Counted from the first letter of the stretch, positions 25,612-39,689 are shown. The stretch is DNA of 64,000 nt from Chiloscyllium plagiosum (GCF_004010195.1 NC_057718.1:52594254-52658253), one strand, 5' to 3'. Program-made: numbers and translations. Notes: a model not told the origin generated them from the sequence alone.

Positions 25612-25885
25612 GAGAGGTCGGGAAGAAGATTGCAGGTCAAGAGGGCGGTGCTGAATCTGGGGTTGAGACAAGGTAGGGGGAGGGGAATGAGGAAGCTGGA
25701 GAAATCTACATTCATCCCGTGTGGTTGGAGGGTTCCGAGGCGGAAGATGAGGCGCTCTTCCTCCAGGCGTCATGTGGCCAGGGTCTGGCGATGGAGGAGG
25801 CCAAGGACTTGCATGTCCTTAGCGGAGTGAGAGGGGGAGCTAAAGTGTTCAGCCACAGGGCAGTTGGGTTGCTTGGTGTGGGTGT
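25612..25885 (-). mobile_element. Penelope-like family A GIY-YIG C-terminal fragment
   Basis: Minus strand reads VAEHFSSPSHSAKDMQVLGLLHRQTLAT*RLEEERLIFRLGTLQPHGMNVDF. Confidence 0.88.
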
Positions 25886-26279
25886 ATCATTCTGTACAAT
25901 CTGACCAGCAGATATGAAGGAAATAGTGCCAAGATGAAGTGATGTGCAATGCAATGATATTATGGCAGTAGAAACTAATTAATGCTGGTGGGAAAGGTCA
26001 AGAAGAGAATCACTTTGGCCATATTTTCCGATGCAATATGCCGTTCACAGTGTTTCAAGTACCCTCCATTTCCATTCATCATGAGATAAAGAAGCAGAAC
26101 AAAATAATAACAAAAATAATTAGCAAGTGAAGATGAGAAAAGAAGCACATACATTAATAATGCATTAAAAATCTTATTGCAGATGGAAATACATCTCAGT
26201 TGTTAATACCGAATTCTTCTTTTGAATAATAAGTAAACACTCCGGTGTACATTACTTGATAAATACCTACTTAATTTAT

Positions 26280-26460
26280 TTTTGTTATTCACTCATGAAT
26301 GTGAGCATTGCTGGTAATGCCAACATTTGCTTCCCATCCAAAGCTGCCTTTAGGTAGATAGTGTTGGCTTGTCTCATGATCTGCTGTATTCCATATGGTG
26401 TGTGCATACCCACAGTGCTACTAGAAAGGGAGTTCCAGTTTTAACATATACAACCTCAAT
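26280..26460 (-). mobile_element. CR1-group family 2 3' tail fragment
   Basis: ttattcactcatgaatgtgagcattgctgg matches the reverse complement of the family tail. Confidence 0.65.
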
Positions 26461-26689
26461 GCTACATCCCTGTACAGTAAAGATCTGCCCTTACCAGGGT
26501 TACATTCCTGGAGAACATCACAGTCAGGGAATTCAGCAAATGACAAAAATGGCGACACTTGTACAATAGAGGACACATGAGCAGTGCACGTGTTTATTCC
26601 CAGAAATCTGCAGTTAAGTAAACACTGGGGTTTCAGTCAGTGAAAGAGGTATGCAATAAATGCAAAGAAGTGCTGACCTTATGAAGAAA

Positions 26690-27072
26690 GTTTGAGCAGT
26701 TAAGCCTAAAGGTATTGGAACATGTCTTGAGGGGACAAGATAAGGTGAATACACAAATGTTGTTTCCCCTTGGGCAGGAGATAAGAATAGGATCACCATT
26801 TAAAACCAAGAGGTTTCCTTTTTAAGGCAGACATGAGGAGACTTTTCTTTTCCCCCGATCAGAGGGCTATTAGAATGTTGAACTCTCTTCACCAAAATGA
26901 AATGAAGGGTTGATCTTTTAATTTATTCAAAGCTGAGTTAGATAGATTTTAGACAGACAAACAGAAAAGTGAAAATGAGACCACAAACAGATCAGTCAAG
27001 ATCTTATTGAATAGTGGAGTAGGCTCAAAGAGTCAAATAGTCTCCATCTACTCTTAAGTATTATGTTCCTAA
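26690..27072 (+). mobile_element. Degenerate CR1 3' end
   Basis: tttccccttgggcaggag...atcagtcaagatcttattgaatagtggagtaggctc...ctactct, the CR1 3' UTR pattern. Confidence 0.7.
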
Positions 27073-27869
27073 CTAATAGATGAATAGTCAATCTTGCAAA
27101 GGGTCGGTATGCAAAGAATGAGGCTTTACAGTATGCTGAACTGAATTAAACAGATTTTCATGAATGTTCTGTTCACAAAATTTGCAACAAGCATGCTTTC
27201 TCTACTGATCAAAACTTGATGGGGTTCTAGGGACAGAGTAACACACAAAAGATATAATTGTAGCAATCCATAGTTTTGCACTCATAAAATGTGCTAGTGC
27301 CATCACATGAAACATATCTTCGTGGCTTCTGCAACTTTAACATCTCTCTTTAAACAGCAAATAACAATATTGCATGATTACTATTGTTAATGGCAGTGGA
27401 AATCCTTTGAATATGTATCTAAAGATTTAATGTGCAGTCATTAACAATCCATTGTGAGATGAAATGGAAGTCAAAGAGTGCAGTACTAATTCATCTTGAA
27501 GTGAAAAATAACATTATAACCGATAATATTGGCTTTTGGTTTTACCACTAAGTACAGTTTGCTTGTAATTAAAAGGAAAGATGAGGAGGAATGAAATTAC
27601 ACTTCAGCAGTTCCATAGAAATGTCTAACTCCAGGAATTAGATTTTAAATTTCCATTCCTTATGCATATGATCCCAAAAACAAACATTATGAAGGTGGTC
27701 AAATATTAAGCATCTCATTATTGTGATATTTAACCTGTATTGCTGAAATCAAGAAAATAATTTAAGAATGTTAACATGCTCATTCTATTTGACTGGTAAA
27801 ACCGTGGAGTGTGAGCAGCTATCAGCGAAATTAAAAAAAAAAGCAGAAACACTCAAGTGCTAATCTCTG

Positions 27870-28230
27870 AACTGCAAGCCTGAGCATAGACTCAATGAGA
27901 TCAAAGAGCTGAACTACAGTGGAAGAAATGGGTTTAGATTCATGAGGCACTACATTTTCATTTTCCAATAGGATGGGCTTCACTTGAATGAATAAAATGT
28001 CCTGGCAAATCAAATTGCTAGAGCTGTAAAAATACTCAATAGTTACAGGGATAAAGGGCTAGTGAGGGGAAATGTAGAAAGTTAAAGAGAAAAGAGAAGA
28101 CATTGCAAAATAGATAATGATAACCAGAATATGACAGGAAGGAATAGAGTGTACGTGCAGTACATCAGCAAACAAAGCAAGTAAATACAGTAAACAAAAG
28201 GCAAAAATTAACAGCTCCTTTCCTGGTTGA
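27870..28230 (+). mobile_element. CR1 ORF1 (SGNH esterase-like) fragment
   Basis: GRNGFRFMRH...DGLHLN...NVLANQIARAV; DGLHL is the esterase DxxH motif. Confidence 0.6.
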
Positions 28231-28249
28231 ATGCATCACTTATAGCATT

Positions 28250-28625
28250 TTTTTTTTCGTGAGAGATGAGTACTGCTGGAAATCACTATCTCAAATTGTT
28301 CTGGAGAATGTGGGAGTGAGCTGTGCTATTGAATAACTGCAGTCCTTCAGGTGTTAGTAGACCAACAATGCTATTAGGAAGAGATTATTCGCTTTTGGCC
28401 CACAGGTCATGAAAGAGCAAGGATATAGCTCCAAGTCAGCGTGGTATCTAACTTAGAAACTAACTTGCATGTAGTGATGTTCCTATTTGCCTGCTTCCCC
28501 TGTCCTTTTAAATAATGGAAAATGAGGGTTTGAAAGGAATGGATGAGGGAGCCTTGATGAGTTGCAAAAGTATATATTTTCTATGGCCACTGTGTGCTGC
28601 TGGTGGAGGAATTGAACGTTTAAGT
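28250..28625 (-). mobile_element. CR1-group family 2 3' fragment
   Basis: Collinear similarity to 17545-17940. Confidence 0.65.
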
Positions 28626-29744
28626 TTTCCAAATAAAATTCAGTCTACTTATTTTTTTAGGAGTCTGGGGAACTACCTATCTATCTTGTCAGATTTAGGG
28701 GTGAATAGATGACTGCTTTTAATTTGCATGTTCACAAATTTGTATCGTGAATCAAAATTGAAGTATACATTGGGATGTATACTTCAATTGGGGCATCTTT
28801 TAGCTCTCAAAATCATCACTGATCTTTGACTAAAGACATCACACCAGATTACCTCACATTACAGAAGAATTTTGGCATCTGCTCAAAAATATTCATTACC
28901 AATGATTGTCAGCTCTGCACTCAGGAGTGGAACTCTCTTGAATTAATACAACACTTTGCATTCATATATGAGGTGTTTATGGCCATATGGCATTTTTTAC
29001 ACCACCAATTTGAAAGTTATATAATCTCAACTCCTTTGGACCTTGGCTCTTTAAGAAAATTGATGGCAAAAGTTGTTGAAGTAAAGGAAGCTTTAATTTT
29101 CTCACTGAAGCATCTAGATAGTGCAGATATATCAGATTGCTCTTATCTTACAGCTGGAAGCTGTGTCCAATAGTATGTTCCTTGAGTATAATTGTCAATC
29201 TTAAAATGGTGGAAGTGCTAGAAATTATATGACTCTTGGCTACTTACATCTCAAAACGGTCTTACAGAAATGTGACTTGCTTTCAATGTATGCCTTTGTA
29301 AGAGGGCAAAACATGTGGCACACTATCCTGCATGAACATGGCTAGCAGTTCTAAATCATAATAAGTAGCATATTTGAGTAAAGACATGTTATCTTAGTTG
29401 GCTAAATGACCAGAGTCTGACTAAAGGCAACAGTGTGGGCTCAATCCACTTATTAGCTTTTACAGTTTATATCCTTACCTCACCCCATGCTTGTGGATTG
29501 GTTGAACTTAAGATTTTATATAGCTCTCCATTGGAGAGTGATGATTGGTCATGCCTATAATCATCTGTGGACTACAACTCCATGCCATACCATGACTCAC
29601 AACCTGGATGAGGGGTGAGTGAGGTGTTCTGAGCACTTATTGCTCCAAAGCTGATGAGTAACATGCTCCCTTCGTCTACTCAGCTGCAATAATTTTGTTG
29701 GTCTACACTCCAGTGCATGTCCTTCTGGTTGGAGTTTTCACTCT

Positions 29745-29991
29745 CCTTGCCTGAGCCAATAGGGTCATTGAACTTTTTCTTACACTGTATCCATATTGTC
29801 TGTATGATTCTGCTGATGCTTATTATTTTGGCAATCTGAATATAGTCCCTATTTCCATGATCGCATTGCATCCTCTTTCCACTCTCCGGGAAGATAATCT
29901 CTGCCCATTCCACCACAACTTCATCAAAGAACCCCACCCCACCCCCAGAGAAACTGGACTGTGATCTAGGCCTGGCTCCTTTAGTTTCCAC
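29745..29991 (-). pseudogene. Harbinger Myb/SANT-like DNA-binding domain relic
   Basis: ORF track FFDEVVVEWAEIIFPESGKR...IAKIIS...TIWIQCKKKFND, the NAIF1/Harbinger Myb-like signature. Confidence 0.7.
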
Positions 29992-31289
29992 TTACTTGAG
30001 TAAGTGAGAAATCCTGGTATAGGATCATAAGACTATTAAAACTTTCCATTTATTTTAGTTTATACAGGGGAATAGAATCAGTAAGAAAGTATTACATGAA
30101 TCTATTCAGTTATTCAATTCTTCTCAACAGACATTGATGCCTGCCCACATGTTTAATTTTTTAGCCTCACAATAACCATGGACTGCCCATCATGTAATGG
30201 CTTCTTGTTTCCTTGGAAGTTTTGTGTGAGCTAATTCAGCGTGATTTTTCCACAAGTTGGTATGAATTGCATCTAAATACAACTCATCCATGACCTTGAA
30301 GTTAAGGCAGATCAAAATTGAAAGCTGGGGAGAGAGAGAGAGGGAGAGAAGCAAAGACCAGATCCAGACAAATTGGAACAGCACATCTACAATTAGTGCC
30401 ACATGAGGGCACTGCTAATGTTTACCCAGCATTAGGCAAAGATCTTGCTATGCAGAGGGCACGGTAGGCAAACCCACGTCAGCTCCTGTGCAGCTGATGG
30501 GGTGTTGGTCGTAATATGGATCCCTCATTCAAAGGCACCGAGTGCCGAATCAAAAGGATGTAACACAGAGAGCAAGGTGAATGGGAGCTACTAACAGCTT
30601 TCTTGCTGCTCATACCTCTTCCCCATTTTCATGGAACTCCTTACTGTTACCATCACTTATCCATGAGTTGGGATCCAGCAATGATGTCAGGCTTTGGTTG
30701 TGTGCTGTATTGCAGTAGCCACCACAGCCCAAATATTCATTTTAAAAATTCACAAACATCTGGATTTCTTGAGACAAGCAATTTACCTCCGTCTCAACAG
30801 GCTAGATTGATAGGACGAGAGCAGGCAGCCCCCTAGAGAGGCAGCAGGAGCATTTCCTCATGACTTTTAGGGAAATGTTACTAACATAAATGTCACTCAA
30901 GCGTGTAATTGGCTGTGACAGCCCTTCCTTGCAATCAAGGACCTGGGAGACAGAAGTCGAACCTGCTAGCCAATGAGACCATTAACTCTCCTGAATGGGA
31001 GAACTATTTGACAGATGGTGTCTGTTGCCTGTACCACATCGTCCTCCTGAAACCATGGATCATTGTTAGAACCAAGAGTAAAGATGGGCACTGGCAAGAT
31101 GGGGTTAAGGGTTGGGAGACTTTGGGGAATGGGGGCAATAGCAAGAGAATGGTGTGGCTCTCAGCACCCTCACTTCTCAATCAGTGTCTTGATCACCAAG
31201 CATCTCTCCCATTGCCATAAATTTGCTTATTGTGCTCTTTGTATAGCAAGGTCAGCAATCCACCCTGGACTTCATACAGTAGCACTGAG

Positions 31290-32480
31290 ATGAGGTCCTG
31301 AAATAGGCAAAAGGTGTGTATGTGCTGTTCCGACTTGGTTGGAACAGGACTTGTAGCTAAGATGGAGGAAACGTCGAAAGCTTGAGAGGAGGAATTAAAG
31401 TCCTGGATGTATTGTATTTCTGTTGAATGCAGCTAAGGAAGCCAGTGAGGAGAATGTTGGAGTACTTGATCATTGAGCTGAAACTGAAGGAAGCTATCAA
31501 GCACAGTCAGCTGGAAATAGGGCGACAGAAAGGTGATAGTCTGAACAGTGGAGTGCAATTTGAAACACAGCTCTGGATTAAACAGTACACTGAGACAAAA
31601 TATTTCCAAATTCATTGTGGGCAAACAGTGGGGACGGGTGACTGAAGTTGTGCCTCAGATGACAAGTTTCTCCTGGAGGATGAATGATTTCAGGGTGGCT
31701 GATTTTAAGATAAGTGAATTTTTGGCTCACCCAGGACACAATGTCAGGATAACATTGTGACCACACTGGGCTAGGACGAGAGATGAATCATGTGGGATTA
31801 AACTGACTGTTCTGGAACTGGCAAGAATGGGACCAGGAGAAGGCACCATCATGAACATGAACCACAGGCATGCGAAACAACAAGGAAAGAACAGAATATT
31901 CAGCATACTGAAAGTAAGGTAGAACAAAATGATAATCACAGTCACAAAGATGTCTCCCATGATTAGCCAAAGTATTTTCAGAATTATGGAAAAGTAGAAA
32001 CTAACCTTGATGATTTTTAATGAGGATTAGTTAGAAGTGGCAATCAATCATGTATTTGAAATGATCTTAATGAGAAAGGTTACATTGGAAGTGGAAAAGG
32101 ACAACAGATTTCATGGCAGTGCTTTTTTTAAACAAAGGAATAAGCTTGTTGGTGCAAGTTGAGAGATGCTTCAAAGTGCTAGACTAAAGAGTAGCTGTTG
32201 AACGGTAAGCAACTGGCTCAGGCAGAATTTCATAAAGTATGAGGCAGGTTTCATGGAGGAGGTTAATCTAGTAAGAGCTGAAGCAAGGAAGCAGAGAAAG
32301 CAAAATATTGATCTCACAGGTACTAATCAGGAGGCTTCAAAGCCTATAAATTCATCCCAGTAGTTATTAGAGGTGAGAACAGAGAGAGCTGGAAGGGGAG
32401 CAGAGACAATCCCAATAGTGGGACTACATTAACTAAAGGATATTAAATAACAGAGCAGTCATCACATTACCAACTATTTC
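31290..32480 (-). mobile_element. Highly degenerate LINE (L2-like?)
   Basis: Purine-rich plus strand with weak L2-like RT C-terminal character. No clean motif. Confidence 0.3.
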
Positions 32481-34732
32481 TAACCATCTTGCATTAATTT
32501 TAGTTACAGATAAAGATAACTCAGAGCAATGAAATAGCACTGGAAATGAAGAAAAAACGAGTAATTCCATGTTTCCCAACCCTCTGATATAGTGAACTTG
32601 AAATCAAGCCTACTATTTCCAGAGTTGTCACAAATATGAAAGGCTAATTAAGCCAACAAATTTCCCAATTTTACCCAACTGTCTGTTTCAGGTTTAAAGA
32701 ATATGCAGAGCGGGTTTTATGAGCAAAAAACTTTATTGTAATGAAACTGTTTTAACTAATGGTAAGAAAGAAACATGAATTGCCATTATGTAATTCTCTA
32801 ACTTAAACTCTATCACTTTCTTAAAATTCTTATACAAACAGACATACAAAAAGGGACAAGAAACAGGTGGTATAGGTGAGGAAGGGAAAATAAATTATAG
32901 AAGCACAGTCTGGCACCAGTCCAGATATTGATGAGCTGTTTTCTTTTGTCTTTCTTCTGAGTCCTTGCTAACAGCATAAGGTTTCGCACTTCCTAATCTC
33001 AGCCTTTCATTCACTGGTTGAGAATTTACTCTTTCAGTCCTTCTAATAGTTGTTTGTCCTCTTTTTCCTTTCAACTATGGATTTTCAGAGAGAGATGCTT
33101 AGAGGACTAAGATCAGCTGCCCACACAGGAAAGAGTGGGAGAGTGGGAGGGTGGGAGTGTGAGAGCATGGGAACTTGAGAAAGTGAGAGAGTGAGTGAAA
33201 GCTGAGGTACAATTCTCTTTGTAGAATCAAAGATTTCCCTATATTGCCCACATACAACACTGCAGAATCAATCAAGATGTTGGTACTATGCTGAGCTCTC
33301 TTGAATGCATATAACTGGTCAATTGGAACTTCCTTAATCTGAAAGGGTATCCTTTCCCATGTTTTAACCTAAAAAAAAATTCTTACACATGCACATATTA
33401 ATAAAGGTGTAAGTCACATCAAATGCAACTGTGGAGCTGAACTCAAGAACACAAACGATAAACACAGTCTTATAAGTATGCATCATAATTAGTATATTTT
33501 TTTCTCTCAGTGTTACTGCTTCAGTAATGAAGTTTACTTTGATAGAGTGAGGATCAGAAATACTAATTCCAACACTTTGTCAAAAGTTAGAGACAACAAA
33601 AGGTTTTGAAAATAATAAATCATTTTTGCAAAGGTTCTATAAGGTTTGTGGACACTAAAAGTATGAATTCTGAAACGTGTCTAGCAACTGCTAAATATTT
33701 ACTTCAGTCGTTGTTTAGTGCAATTATACAGTCCAGTAAAATGTATGTCATTTTCAAAATCAATGAGCCCACAACAGCTGTAGCAAAATGAATCCTGACA
33801 GTGAGATGTTAACTGCCAATGCAGGTAACAAACATTTTCTTAAAATCCTAGACCGGTTATGAAGTGGCCAAACAGTCACTCACCATTATAACTGCTTCAG
33901 TTCAGAGACTATGTAATATTTGGACATGTGCTGAAGAAGGAGTAAAAAGACAACAGAAATAAGTCCATTACGCGTACTCAAAGATAAATGAATTAAAAGG
34001 GAAAATGTTGAACATAGACCATATGCAAAATGAGCACAAAATCTACTTTTAAAATATATTTCAAATTGTTACGTTTATTGGGCAAAACAAAGTCAGTCAT
34101 CAAAAGTTAAAAAAAATGTGATGGATGTAATTAAAGTAATTGATGCAACACTAGAGTATAACAATAGGTCTGTGCTTCTAAATATATTTCATAGAAATAA
34201 ACAGTTATGAATTGCACTGCAAGTGCGAAGCATGTGTTAGTCAGATCTACTTCCTGGGTGCTCTGTTGCTGGACACCAGCACCATATATATTCATAATTT
34301 GGAACTATAGCTGTTCCTTATTCAAGTCTATGATGAGCTCTCTGCTTAAAATTCAATTGGGAAACTGATAATGTAAAACTTCGAACTGGAACAAATAAAT
34401 CAATCATTGTTTCAACACCTAAAATACCTACTCTATAAAAGCTTTGGTCTTCTCAAATGTTTTAGGTTTTTAAAATTATTGTTTCGTAAGTGCTGTTGTG
34501 TCATCAGCCATAGTGGTATTCATAACATATATTTTTTGACAAACCAGCTTTCTACTTAAAAGAGTTTTGTAACATGACAATGCATTAAAACCGCATTCTC
34601 AGACAAAGTATGGATTTTTATTTTGCTGGTTAGATGGAGAACGGATGTTTCCCCTTGTGGTGCAACCTGGAATGAGACATCACAGTTTTAGACTAAGGGG
34701 TGGAGATGAGGAGAAATTAATTATCTTAAAGG

Positions 34733-35437
34733 GTCATACATAGAGTTATAAAGTCATAGAAATGTACAGTGCAGAAACAGACTTTTTGGTCCAGCTTGTC
34801 CATGCTGACCAGATATCTTAAATTAATCTAGTCCCATTTGCCAGCACTTGGCCCATATCCCTCTAAAGCCTTCCTGTTTAGATACCCATCCAGATGTCTT
34901 TTAAATGTTGTAATTGTACCAGCTCCACCACTTCCTCTGGCAGCTCATTCCATACATGTGTGAAAAAGTTGTCCCTTAGGTCCCTTTTAAATCTTCCCCA
35001 TTCACCTTAAATCTATGTCCTCTAGTGTTGGACTCCGCCACCCCAGAGAAAAGACCTTGTCAATTTACCCTATCCATGCCTCTTATGATTTATAAACCTT
35101 GATAAGGTCACCCCTTAGCCTTCAACGCTCCAGGGAAAATAGCTCCAGCCCTATTCAGCCTCCCCAACCTCCAACTTAAACCCTCCAACCCTGTCAACAT
35201 CCTTGTAAATCTTTTCTGAATCCAGATTTGCATGCAGTATTCCAAAAGTGGCCCAAACAAGGTCCTGCCCAACCACAACATGAGCTCCCAACTCCTATTC
35301 TCAATGCACAGTCCAAGTGCCTTCTTCTCTGTCCTATCTACTTGTGATTCCACTTTCAAGGAGCTATGAACCTGCACTCCAATAAGGTGTCTTTATTCAC
35401 CAACACTCCCCAGGATCTTACCATTAAGTGTATAAGT
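34733..35437 (-). mobile_element. HER1-like CR1 3' fragment
   Basis: (catagagt)n-type tail. Similar to 51097-51860. Confidence 0.92.
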
Positions 35438-36915
35438 GTAAGCTCTTTCAGGTATCACTGGAGTCAGGGAAGGTCCCAGAGGACTGGAAAACCACTCATG
35501 TAACTCTTCTGTTTAAGAAGGGAACAAGGCAAAAGACAGGAAATTATATGCCGATGAGCCTGACATTAGTCATCGGTAAAATTTTGGAATCCGTTGTGAA
35601 GGATATCTGAATATTTGGAAATGTATGGTAAAATAGGGCAAAGTCAGCATGGTTTCATCAATGGAAGGTCAAGCCTGATAACCTGTTAGAAATCTTTGAG
35701 GAGGTAATGATCAGGTTAGACTGTGGACAGCCAATGGGTGTTATCTATCTGAACTTCAAGAAGGCTTTGACAAGGTGCCGCACACTGCTGAGTAAAATAA
35801 GAGCCCATGATGTTAGAGGCAAGGTGCTAGCATAGATAGAAGATTGGCTGTCTGGCAGTAGAGAGACTGGAGATAAAAAGGTCATTCTCAGGATGGGAGC
35901 TGGTAACTAGTGGTGTTCCAGAAGAGTCAGTGTTGGGACCACAACTTTTCACTTTATATATTAATGATCTGGATGAAGAAACTGATGGCATTCTGGCTAA
36001 GTTTGTAGATGATACAAAGATAGGTGGAGGGCAAGTAGTATTGAGGAAGCAGGGAGGGTGCAGAAAGATTTGGACAGGTTAGGAGAATGGGCAAAGTGGC
36101 AGATGGAATACAATGTGGGAAAGTGTGAGGTCATGCACTTTGATAGGAAGAATAATGGCATGGACTATTGTCTAAATGTGAAGAAAATTCAGAAATATGA
36201 AGTGCAAAAGGACTTGGGAGTCCTCGTCCAAGTTTCTCTTTAGGTTAACTTGCAGGTTGAGTTGGTAGTTCGGAAGGCAAATGCAATACTGTCATTCATT
36301 TTGAGAGGGATTAGAATATAAAAGCAGGGATGTATTTCTGAGGCTTTACAAGGCTGTGGTCAGACGACATTTAGAGTATTGTCAGCAATTTTGGGCTCCA
36401 TACCTCAGGAAAATGTATTGGCCCTGGAGCAGGTTCAGAGGAGGTTCACGAGAATAATCCCAGGATTTAAAGGCTTAACATATGAAGAACGCTCAAGGTC
36501 TCTGGAATGATACTCAATGGAGTTTAGAAGGATGAGGGGGGAATCTGACTGAAATTTTTAAAATGCTGAATGGCCTGGACAGACTGGAAATTGGAAAGAT
36601 GTTTCCATTGGCAAGAGAAGCAAGGACCTGAGAGCACAGCTTTAGAGTAAAAGGAAGACCTTTTAAAATGGAGATAAGGAGAAACTTCTTTAGTTAGAGA
36701 GTGGTGAATCTGTCATTGCCACAGAAGGCTGTGGAAACCAGGTCATTGAGCATATTTAAAAGAGATAAGTTCTTGATTGCCAAGGGACTCAAAAGTTATG
36801 GGCAGAAAGCTGGAGAATAGGGTTGAAAACCTATCAGCCATGATTGAATGGCAGAGCAGACTCAATGGGCTGAATGGCCTAATTTCTGCTCCTATGTCTT
36901 ATGAACGTCTGGTCT
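35438..36915 (+). mobile_element. CR1 LINE RT region, degenerate
   Basis: GKVPEDWK...GNY.P.SLT, SGVPEESVLGP, KFVDDTK, EYNVGKCEVMHF. Confidence 0.92.
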
Positions 36916-37347
36916 TCTTTGTGTATAAATCTGTAGAATTTACTACCCCAGAGTGGGGTAGATGCTGGGACGCTAAATAAATTTAAGAAAGAGTTGTTTA
37001 ATTAGTAAAGGGTCATGGGCAATGGGTAGGAAAGTGGAGTTGAGGCCAAAATGAGATCACCCATGATTATATTAAATGGTGGAATGGAGTCAAGGGGCTG
37101 AATTGTCTAGGCCTGCTTCTAGTTTTCATGGGTTACATCCAATTTGGATGTAGATGCATTGATCGCCTTATCTGTTTTCGTATACAACAAAAAGTTTGTC
37201 AAGTCCGTAAATATACGTCGCTCTATTCAAGTACAGGTTCACCAAATTTCTGCTGAGGAAAACCATACAAGAAATTTCCAACTCACCATAATTAGGGCCA
37301 CAGCCTACTATTCACTGCAGTGGTAATTAGACATCAATTTTACTGCA

Positions 37348-37897
37348 GTCATAGATTTATAGAGTCAGGGAGATGTACAGCATGAAAACAGACCCTTCGG
37401 TCCAACTTGCCCATGCCAATCAGATATCCCAAACCAATCTTGTCTTACCTGCCAGCACCTGACCCATATCCCTCCAAACGCTTCCTATTCATATACCCAT
37501 CTAGATGCCTTTTAAATGTTACAATCATACTAGCCTCCACCACTTCCTCTGGCAGCTTATTCCATACACATACCACCCTCTGTGTAAAGAAATTGTCTCT
37601 TAGGTCTCTTTTATTCTCTTTTATATATTTCCCGTCTCACCCTAAACCTACGTTCTATAGTTCTGGACTCCCCTTCCCCAGGGAAGAGACATTGTCTATT
37701 TATCCTATCCATGCCCCTCATGATTTCATAGACCTCAATAAGGTCACCTCTCAGCCTCCTATGCTCCAGGGAAAACAGCCCTAGCTTATTCAACCTCTCC
37801 CTATAGCTCAAATCCTCTGACCCTGGCAAAATTCTTGTAAATCCTTTCCGAACCCTTTCAGGTTTCACAACATCTATCCGATAGGAAGGAGACCAAG
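37348..37897 (-). mobile_element. HER1-like CR1 3' fragment
   Basis: LSYRERLNKLGLFSLEHRRLRGDLIEVY and tail. Confidence 0.92.
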
Positions 37898-38199
37898 AGT
37901 GCCCTTCAAATGAATCTGTTGCAAAGACCATCTCAAAGCATCAACTATTCATCAAATCATTTATTATGGATGAGTAATCAGACAATTGAGCCAGTAACTC
38001 GGCCAAAAGACCTGTGATTAAGCTCAGTCATAAGAACCTGAGCCATGTTATCAATAAAGAGGTCTGAATAAGCTTTCAGTTCTGTAGCATAACCTTTGAA
38101 AATTTATTGAATAATGCATTCTCGAGTGCTGGAGAAAAGACAGAAAATGAGACAAGTAGTTTTTTTCTGAAGAAGAATCAGACAAGAAAATGTGAAACA

Positions 38200-38445
38200 T
38201 GGCCCAAATGAAGTTATGACATGGGACGAGACTTGAATATATGTTCAATTGCTTGTCAAAAATGGCAAGGGAGTTGAGCAAAGGTTGGTAAATTCTTGAA
38301 AAACTGAGGAGATGAGATTTATGAGGAGCTGGCATGAAAGAAGAGTTGAGGCCTGGGCCAGATCAGTCATGATCTTTTGAAATGGTGGGCCAGGCTTGTT
38401 GGGGTGAACAGTCTACTCCTGATTCTATTTCTTACATTGTTCTCA
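38200..38445 (+). mobile_element. CR1 3' UTR fragment
   Basis: cagatcagtcatgatcttttgaaatggtgg...ctactcctgattctatttctta. Confidence 0.6.
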
Positions 38446-38789
38446 TTAGAAATATGGGCAAAACAACCTACATCGGATAATTCTTCCAACTCCTCAAACA
38501 TTATTTTCCATGAGCCTAATACACACACACTTTGGTAGAGGACTGTTACAACTAAGAAGCAGCTGTTGGAACAATTTCACAGATGCAGGAATACAATTCT
38601 ATCTTCAGGTATTGGAACTGGAGCAGCCTCTGGAGTCACTATAACACATCTATGAAGCGGAGAATTTGTAGATAACATACTTATAAATTTGGTCATCTGT
38701 TTATGGATATGCAGGTAGAGAGGGAATGGTGAGGAAGAGGACATGAATTGGATCTTAAATTTGTCTTTACTATGGAAGAAGGTGCTGTC

Positions 38790-39060
38790 CAAATCATAGT
38801 GAAATTGGAGGTTGTTAAGATTCTGGCTGGGCTAAAACTTTATAAATGATAGGTGTTAGTTTGAACAACTGTATAAAAGTTATGAACTCTCTAAGGTAGA
38901 GAGAGTGAATCCAATGCTACCAAGGATAATAAGGATGAAAACTGAAGAGCTTTGAACCATAACTTTTAAATTCTTCTGAGACAAAAGGGTGATGACAGAG
39001 GATTGAAGAATTGCAAATGTTACATCTTTGTTTGAAAAGAATGTACAGATAAAGCTCGTA
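38790..39060 (+). mobile_element. Degenerate CR1 internal fragment
   Basis: Reads ...gvmTED*RIANVTSLF.K, compared with VPEDWRLANVVPRF in the 478-aa ORF. Confidence 0.5.
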
Positions 39061-39307
39061 ACTCATCATCAACTGTCTCTAGTTTTGTGCATGGTGTACT
39101 CGAGAGTCTTCCCCCATTGGTCTTCATGTGGCTGTAGAGATTTTCTTTCAGCTCATAGACCTTGGAGTACATATTACAGGGAAGGGTGTCCATGAGGTAG
39201 TGAGATCCAGAGGGCAGGATTTGTTTCATTTTCTTCCCTTCTGTTCTCCAACATATGGTGCAGCCTAATGAATAAGGTATTAACATTTTGAATAAGCATC
39301 TCTCAAA

Positions 39308-39632
39308 CATAGAATCATACAGTATGGAAACAAATCCTTTGGTCCAACTCATTTGCACCGACCAGCCATCCCAATCTGACCGAGTCCTATTTGCCAACAT
39401 TTGGTCCATATTCCTCTAAAACCTTTCTATTCATATATCCATCCAGATGTCTTCTAAATGTTGTAATTGTACTCAGCTCTACCACCTCCTTTGGTAGCTC
39501 GTTCCAGACATGCACTACCTTCTACATGAAAAAGTTAGCTCTCAGGTCCTTTTTAAATCTTTCCCCTCTCAGCTTAAACTTATGTCCTCTAGTTTTGAAC
39601 TCCCCCAGCCCAGGAAAAAGACTTTGGCTATT
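39308..39632 (-). mobile_element. HER1-like CR1 3' fragment
   Basis: Similar to 51100-51435. Confidence 0.9.
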
Positions 39633-39689
39633 AATTAATATGCATCTTACAGCATTTCAAGGAGAGTTGCAGAATGTCTTTGTCAAATT

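Larger units (their letters stand above)
34620..37135 (+). mobile_element. Old CR1 3' end (34620-34732 joined to 36920-37135) split by two younger CR1 insertions
   Basis: RMFPLV...gagatgaggagaaat resumes at aatctgtagaatttactaccccagag and runs into a CR1 tail. Confidence 0.65.

Noticed and set aside
24837..25830. Long ORFs of 251-292 aa
   Set aside because: Artefacts of reading through the N gap.
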